From sequence record MW822011: 64,000 nt of DNA. The stretch is one strand, 5' to 3'. This DNA is from Shigella phage TB004. The translations under genes and the position numbers were made by a program. Below are positions 58,476 through 64,000 of the stretch, piece after piece. The notes under the pieces are model-generated. The model was not told the origin of the DNA. It saw nothing but the letters and a program-made list of their open reading frames with translations, and did no database searches. How positions within the stretch are numbered: position 1 is the stretch's first letter; each line of letters starts with the position of its first letter.

Positions 58476-59939
58476 TTATGCTGGTGATAAAAAGGTAGAA
58501 AGTAATACCCATTCGCCGTCTTTACGAACGTAAGCTTGACCATCTTTTGGAGCTTCAGGAATATAACCTGCTTCTTGTAGAGCTTGAACATCACCTTGCA
58601 GAGAAGATATACTACCTTTGGCTGTATTCACTTCTTGTGTAACTGATGCAATGTTGGTTTCGTTAGCTTTTATTGAATTGGTTAATCCACGTTCTTCGAC
58701 AGTTGAACCATTTGGATTAGTTCCATTTACTAAAGTATTTAACGCTACAACTTGCCCTTTAATTCCTGTGCTGTTATTACCAATCTCTACTTGTAGGTTT
58801 TGAACATCGTTGTTCAAGCTTGAAACAGAAGTTTCAATTGTAGAAACTCGGTTTAAAAGAGACCCAGGAGGAGAAGGTTGTCCACCGCTAGAATCAGTTC
58901 CAACAATTTGGTTTAACCACGAAACATTCGCTCTTAAACCGGATGAAGTGTTTTCACCGACGATTCCATTTAGAGCTTCGATTGAAGTTGTATTATCTTT
59001 GATTTGGCCTTTAATACTCGAAGGAATATCATCTGAACCAATAGAAGTTTCAATAACGGTTAAACGCTGTTTAATACCTCCACTTTGATTTAGCTCTAAA
59101 TTAATAGATGCAATATTATCAGTGTTTGTATTAACACTCGTGATAATCGAATTATTTCCTGGATATCCTATTGAGGTCTTAATAGCACTAATGTCAGACT
59201 CAACTGTTGTCTGTTTAGTGTCAATTTCATTTAAACGACTATAAACAGTTTGGGAAAATGACGGCGGTTTCGGTCCAAGCTCTTCGCGAAGATTACCAAC
59301 TTCAATAGTTAAAGAACCTACATCAGATTCAATAAATTTTGTTTCTAATTCGCTTAAACGTATTCCCTGTGAAGTGATGACATCAGTATTATTAATAATG
59401 CGATGCTTCATTCCTGTGCTAGGATTTCCTACAACAGGAAGACCATTAATATCTTGGCCTGTATATTGCCCAAGTTCACGCTTTATCCATAATAAATCAT
59501 TTCTGATCGTTCTGTATACAGAGTTGGCCTCGGAGTTAAATGGACCAATATCAGCAAGAATGCTGTCAACCGTGTTATTAGTTCCATTTAATATTTCTGT
59601 ATGTTCACTGGTTAGCGTTTTAAGGTCAGAAATATCCTTTTTATTGATACTTATTTGGGCCAAAGCTTCAATATCACCAGATACATCTAAGATGCCCTGA
59701 ATTGTTTTAATATCACTATTTGCGGTTTCTAAAGATGTTTTGAGTATTCCAATGTTTTTATCAAGAACTTCAACATTTCTTAGTACAGAAACTGTAGGTC
59801 TATTCATTGAGCCTTCACTTCCATACTGTGTGTCAGCTCCTAATATTTCTTCGCCGTTTTTAATCCAGGAAATGCGGCTCTGGCCCTCTGCAGGAGGGCC
59901 GTCAACGAATGGTAAGTCATTCAGTACAATATCTGTCAT
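58476..59939 (-). CDS. wac: Fibritin (whisker antigen control)
   Basis: 487 aa, [43 protein letters not shown]..., coiled-coil repeats; C-terminal foldon [27 protein letters not shown]. Confidence 0.95.
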   Translation of the reverse strand: MTDIVLNDLPFVDGPPAEGQSRISWIKNGEEILGADTQYGSEGSMNRPTVSVLRNVEVLDKNIGILKTSLETANSDIKTIQGILDVSGDIEALAQISINKKDISDLKTLTSEHTEILNGTNNTVDSILADIGPFNSEANSVYRTIRNDLLWIKRELGQYTGQDINGLPVVGNPSTGMKHRIINNTDVITSQGIRLSELETKFIESDVGSLTIEVGNLREELGPKPPSFSQTVYSRLNEIDTKQTTVESDISAIKTSIGYPGNNSIITSVNTNTDNIASINLELNQSGGIKQRLTVIETSIGSDDIPSSIKGQIKDNTTSIEALNGIVGENTSSGLRANVSWLNQIVGTDSSGGQPSPPGSLLNRVSTIETSVSSLNNDVQNLQVEIGNNSTGIKGQVVALNTLVNGTNPNGSTVEERGLTNSIKANETNIASVTQEVNTAKGSISSLQGDVQALQEAGYIPEAPKDGQAYVRKDGEWVLLSTFLSPA

Positions 59940-61519
59940 TCTTTTACCTTAATTATGTAGTTTAAAGAAATGTTCCATGGACGTGTTTCATTTCCAATTA
60001 ATTCAGGACGATTTAATGTATATTTGGAATTTCGTTGTGATGCTGGGTCAATTTCATATCCATCATTGGTGAAGTATGAACGGTTATCCCAGTCAAGTCC
60101 TTTACGTGTACCAACAAAATTTGATCTACGGGTATTACCGAATGCTCCAGAATCATCATGCTCACCAAATCCGCCAGCGTGTTTATGATAAGACATCTGC
60201 TGTTTTTGTACTTCACCAACATATCCACCGGTACAACCTACACCTAATCTAGGCTTACCAAATTGGTCATTACCATTAACGTTTGGATTTGTTAAGTGAG
60301 AGCCACGACCAGAGCCACGAACAAAAAGACCACGCATATCAGGTAATCCAGGATTTGATGAGCTTCCGCCGTATCTTGTTCCAATTCTAGAAGCATATAA
60401 TGGGCAATCCGACGCTGAAACAGTTCCGCCATGACAGAAGCGCCAAGCATCACTAGGAAGACTATCTGCCGCCCACATCATAATAGCTCCGACAGGAATA
60501 GTTCTATCTATTTCATTCTGTGTTACAACACGCTTACCCTGAATATAACCACCGGTCATGTTAACTGTTCCGGTAATATTTGCTCCACCTGAAGCTATTG
60601 TGAGCGTATTATTAATGCGAAGTGTTCCATTAATCGTTTGACCACCTCTTTGGTGGATAACATCAGCATTCCAAGCTAATGCTGATGAAGCATCGCCTCC
60701 ACTCTGTGAGCCGGCAATTGTAGTTAATTTAACTACGCCTCTCATTGACGTTGTAGAACCACGACCATTAAGAGTTGCACCAGTAACCGCAACAGAAGCA
60801 TTATTCGAGTTAACTTCTGATTGTGTTCCTAATTTAATTACGCCTTTATATTCTTCAGTAGCAGTAGAATTCATGAACGTATAAGGAGAAATTGCATAGC
60901 CTTCTCTTAAAGTTCCTTGACGAACTTGAGCTACTGTCGCTAATTGAACAACACCTTGGGCCGATTCGGTAGCTGTGGATTCAGAAGGAGCGATTTGCGC
61001 AATTAGTTTAATAGCTAACTGCTGCGTTTTTAATGGAGTCATTGCAGTAGTATCATCTGCGCCAGCTAATGCTTGCGGTAGAGATGAAATTTTAATAACT
61101 CCATTTGATGATTCAGTTGAAACTCGTGTTTCAAAGGCATTATTAAGGGCAACAGTAAATTTAGCAGGAGTTATAGAAGATTCATTATTAACTCCAGCAA
61201 TCGCTTCATCATTGGTTGAATATCTTGTTAATCCGTAAACAGTTTCAGTTGCGTTTGGATAAGATAATCTTGTTGCTAACGTTGCTGGTGTAACTGCTTT
61301 GGTATTATCAGTTCCGTCAATAACTTCCTGTTCAGTGGCAAGAAATAAAATTCCTTTTGTTGTTGATGATGCATCAGGAACTCCATTTACACCAGCAGGA
61401 GAAATGGCTGCTATAGCAGCCTGAACATCAGTAATCTCTGCTGGAAAATTTGTGCCAGTTGGATCAAATTTTACATAGCGAGATTCATTAGAAACGTGTT
61501 GGTATGTATTATTACTCAT
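59936..61519 (-). CDS. 12: Short tail fibre protein gp12
   Basis: 527 aa, [59 protein letters not shown]... Confidence 0.95.
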   Translation of the reverse strand: MSNNTYQHVSNESRYVKFDPTGTNFPAEITDVQAAIAAISPAGVNGVPDASSTTKGILFLATEQEVIDGTDNTKAVTPATLATRLSYPNATETVYGLTRYSTNDEAIAGVNNESSITPAKFTVALNNAFETRVSTESSNGVIKISSLPQALAGADDTTAMTPLKTQQLAIKLIAQIAPSESTATESAQGVVQLATVAQVRQGTLREGYAISPYTFMNSTATEEYKGVIKLGTQSEVNSNNASVAVTGATLNGRGSTTSMRGVVKLTTIAGSQSGGDASSALAWNADVIHQRGGQTINGTLRINNTLTIASGGANITGTVNMTGGYIQGKRVVTQNEIDRTIPVGAIMMWAADSLPSDAWRFCHGGTVSASDCPLYASRIGTRYGGSSSNPGLPDMRGLFVRGSGRGSHLTNPNVNGNDQFGKPRLGVGCTGGYVGEVQKQQMSYHKHAGGFGEHDDSGAFGNTRRSNFVGTRKGLDWDNRSYFTNDGYEIDPASQRNSKYTLNRPELIGNETRPWNISLNYIIKVKE

Positions 61520-62175
61520 GCTGTTCTCTCAAAATGATAAAGTACTATTGGAGTTTGCTGATTATCTAAAGTTACAGTTTGTGCACCAAGCAAATTCCAT
61601 GTGCCATATCCAGGCTTAGATTCGGAAATAATTTCTTGGGAAATAGTTATTCCATATGTAGAATATGTGCTTAATACATGTTTCTGATTATCTAAATAAG
61701 TAACTTCTAATTTACTACCATCGGTTGGATGGTCTTTATATGAATTGATAGCAGTAAATGACGCAATAGCTTCTTGCAGTGCAACACGAACTTTGGCGAC
61801 AAACTCAATAGCTGTCATTCCAGTTGTTGCTGAAACTGGAAGACCAAATACTAATACAGTAACAGGAGAACCAGGAGGAAGCGAATCATCTGTCACAGTT
61901 CCTGAAAATGCCCAATAATCAGTTTGAGAAACACCCTCAGGAGAAACACCAGTTTTATTAGTAATAATTGTACCAACGTCTTTTATAGAAAAATTATGAA
62001 CATCATTAATAGCTGATTCTATGTTTGGTTCATAAAATCCTTTCGCTAATTGAGAAATTGTCACTGACCCAACTGATTGACGATTCATTACATCGATGTC
62101 GCCAGTTTTAGGTCTAAAACCAAGAAAATCGGCTAAGCGGGAAATAACTCCCGCTTTATTATTAAGTAAACTCAT
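61516..62175 (-). CDS. 11: Baseplate wedge subunit gp11
   Basis: 219 codons from ATG at 62175; [36 protein letters not shown]...; track ORF extends 6 codons upstream. Confidence 0.93.
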   Translation of the reverse strand: MSLLNNKAGVISRLADFLGFRPKTGDIDVMNRQSVGSVTISQLAKGFYEPNIESAINDVHNFSIKDVGTIITNKTGVSPEGVSQTDYWAFSGTVTDDSLPPGSPVTVLVFGLPVSATTGMTAIEFVAKVRVALQEAIASFTAINSYKDHPTDGSKLEVTYLDNQKHVLSTYSTYGITISQEIISESKPGYGTWNLLGAQTVTLDNQQTPIVLYHFERTA

Positions 62176-63983
62176 TATGCAATCCTTATCCAACGATAAA
62201 CTGTAATATATGGTTGAATGTTAGTTATTGATGTTGGCGGAGTGTGAGTAGAGTTAGTAGATGCTTTAGCTTCACGGTATTTCGTGTAAACTGGACCAGA
62301 TTCATCTGGATCGTATTGACATCCACCAACAATGACTGATCCATTTTCATCAACTATTAGAACTTCTTCATCTGTTTCAGTTGCAGGAAGATTAGCATTT
62401 TCCAACGTGACAGAAGTAGAACCACCTGTTCCGCCTGCAGTATGTGAAGGATTTCCACCCGAATCTAAATCGTTGTTATTTAGAGCAAAGTTAGGGTCCG
62501 AAATATCTTCATTCCATCCAACTAAAACTTTTCCTTGCCCAAATAATTTCCATGAGCCGAATCCCATATATGTAACAGGGTTATTTGGATTGACAGCGTT
62601 TTCATATATAGTTCCAATAGGATAAATCGTATCAAAGATATTTGAAACAGCATTAAATTCACGTTGATAGGATTGAACTGCTTCTACATTTGGCCAACCA
62701 ATTTTGTCGAAGTCTGTTAAATTTACATCACCGGAAATATCTACTCCTGGCCCTTGCGATACATAGAGATTATCAGTTTCATCAATAATCTCATCTTTTG
62801 TTAATAATGTGCCTAAATCATTATTAAACCAGGTGATATTGATAATGTCGCCATGCTCAAATACTCTATCGAAATGTAAAATTTCTGGTATGCCGTTTTC
62901 ATCAGTTTCAACTGAATAGTCGGTATGAGACTGTTCCCAAGTTCCACCCAAAACAGAGCATTCTACTTCATCGTCTGAATCAGCACCAACACAATGAAAT
63001 AATGGCATTCCAACTGTTCCAGCCAATTCTTGTAAAATTCCATTAAAACGAACCTCAAGAGAATTAGGATTAATAGGTTCACCTGGAATTAATCCAAAAG
63101 CTGAAAACGGAATTGATTTCATTGTTGATAAATCAGTAACGTAAATACTTCCTTCTAAAGAAGTTTTTGACGTTAATTTTGAATCTAACAATCTAATTTG
63201 ACGTCTTGTATATGAACTTCTCCACTGCGATACACCATCCATAAATGTTTCAATTTGAACAGTGTCACCAATATTACAAGGCTGTCTTAATCGAATATTA
63301 AATCCATCAAGAGGAACTAGTTCTCCTTCATTTTCGCCCGGAGAGCCAAAATCGCTGTTTTCGCTAAACACATCGCCGTAATACAATTCGTTACCACGAT
63401 GTTTTACTCTGATGTTATTTACATTATAACTGGTTCCACGGAAAACATCTAAAAAGTCTGTTTGTCCTTGAACTTCGACTAAAAATTCTTTACGAGCTAC
63501 ATTACTAATGTCTGAACTGGTAATTTTGTCAATTTGCTTATTTTTGACATATTCCCAACGTCCTGGGGCGCAATACACTAATTCCAAATCACTGAATTGA
63601 ACATTAATTTCAACTGGTACTGCAGACCCTTTAATCGTATCGCCGGAAGCAGCTACTAGTGTAACTGGGTTGACGTTCCATGTAGCAAATACGTCTCTAG
63701 CTCTAATTACCTTGTTGTAATCATTAACTGTACCCTTTGGAAGATTTATAGTTACTCTTCCAGAAGAGGTATTAATAGCGTATGATTTTCCCCACTCAGC
63801 TTTTAATGTTTGACCAGATGAAGCATCATAAGTTTTCCAGGCACCGGCTGAATATGGAACATCTCCATCACCAAGCTCGTAATAAAGCTCATCAAAGTTT
63901 TCATTTATTTTTATACCACCTTTACGCAGGTAGTCACCGGTACCATCATCTACAACATTACCGATATTAATATTTTGTTTCAT
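62175..63983 (-). CDS. 10: Baseplate wedge subunit gp10
   Basis: 602 aa, [54 protein letters not shown]... Confidence 0.95.
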   Translation of the reverse strand: MKQNINIGNVVDDGTGDYLRKGGIKINENFDELYYELGDGDVPYSAGAWKTYDASSGQTLKAEWGKSYAINTSSGRVTINLPKGTVNDYNKVIRARDVFATWNVNPVTLVAASGDTIKGSAVPVEINVQFSDLELVYCAPGRWEYVKNKQIDKITSSDISNVARKEFLVEVQGQTDFLDVFRGTSYNVNNIRVKHRGNELYYGDVFSENSDFGSPGENEGELVPLDGFNIRLRQPCNIGDTVQIETFMDGVSQWRSSYTRRQIRLLDSKLTSKTSLEGSIYVTDLSTMKSIPFSAFGLIPGEPINPNSLEVRFNGILQELAGTVGMPLFHCVGADSDDEVECSVLGGTWEQSHTDYSVETDENGIPEILHFDRVFEHGDIINITWFNNDLGTLLTKDEIIDETDNLYVSQGPGVDISGDVNLTDFDKIGWPNVEAVQSYQREFNAVSNIFDTIYPIGTIYENAVNPNNPVTYMGFGSWKLFGQGKVLVGWNEDISDPNFALNNNDLDSGGNPSHTAGGTGGSTSVTLENANLPATETDEEVLIVDENGSVIVGGCQYDPDESGPVYTKYREAKASTNSTHTPPTSITNIQPYITVYRWIRIA

Positions 63984-64000
63984 TATTGAGCCACCCCGAT
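63983..64000 (-). CDS. 9: Baseplate wedge protein gp9, last codons only (gene starts beyond the window end)
   Basis: Minus-strand frame reads ...IGVAQ then TAA overlapping the gene 10 ATG (TAATG); assigned by synteny. Confidence 0.55.
   Translation of the reverse strand: MGVAQ

Overview
This window is a contiguous segment of a T4-like (Tevenvirinae) myovirus genome, in the reverse-complement orientation relative to the usual T4 reference. Early and middle genes read left to right on the + strand: rnh, dsbA, 33, 59, 32, frd, td (with its group I intron and I-TevI), nrdA, nrdB, denA, rnlA, alc, pseT, cd, 31, rIII, nine small ORFs, 30 and alt. Late structural genes lie mostly on the - strand: 34 (partial), the baseplate hub and tail tube genes 54-48-29-28-27-51, and the long morphogenesis block from gene 9 (last codons) through 10, 11, 12, wac, 13-20, 67, 68, 21, 22, 23 and 24. 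Genes 26, 25, uvsY, inh, hoc and rnlB are on the + strand; uvsW and segE are on the - strand. Identifications rest on ORF length, N-terminal sequence recognised from memory of T4 proteins, and synteny; no database search was run. Promoter and terminator coordinates were counted by hand and may be off by 1-2 nt. The backbone is conventional, so the items worth a second look are local departures from the T4 arrangement: (1) a ~418-bp insertion carrying a 116-codon ORF exactly at the frd/td junction; (2) an antisense GIY-YIG homing-endonuclease-like gene with its own late promoter between td and nrdA; (3) a 56-bp early-promoter cassette present twice, the second copy at the breakpoint of a frameshifted partial duplication of alt; (4) a ~400-bp GC-rich noncoding island between rIII and the next ORF; (5) a NADAR-like ORF next to a HAD-like ORF, upstream of ligase and alt; (6) a divergent gp32 C-terminus. 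I found no CRISPR array, tRNA or rRNA.
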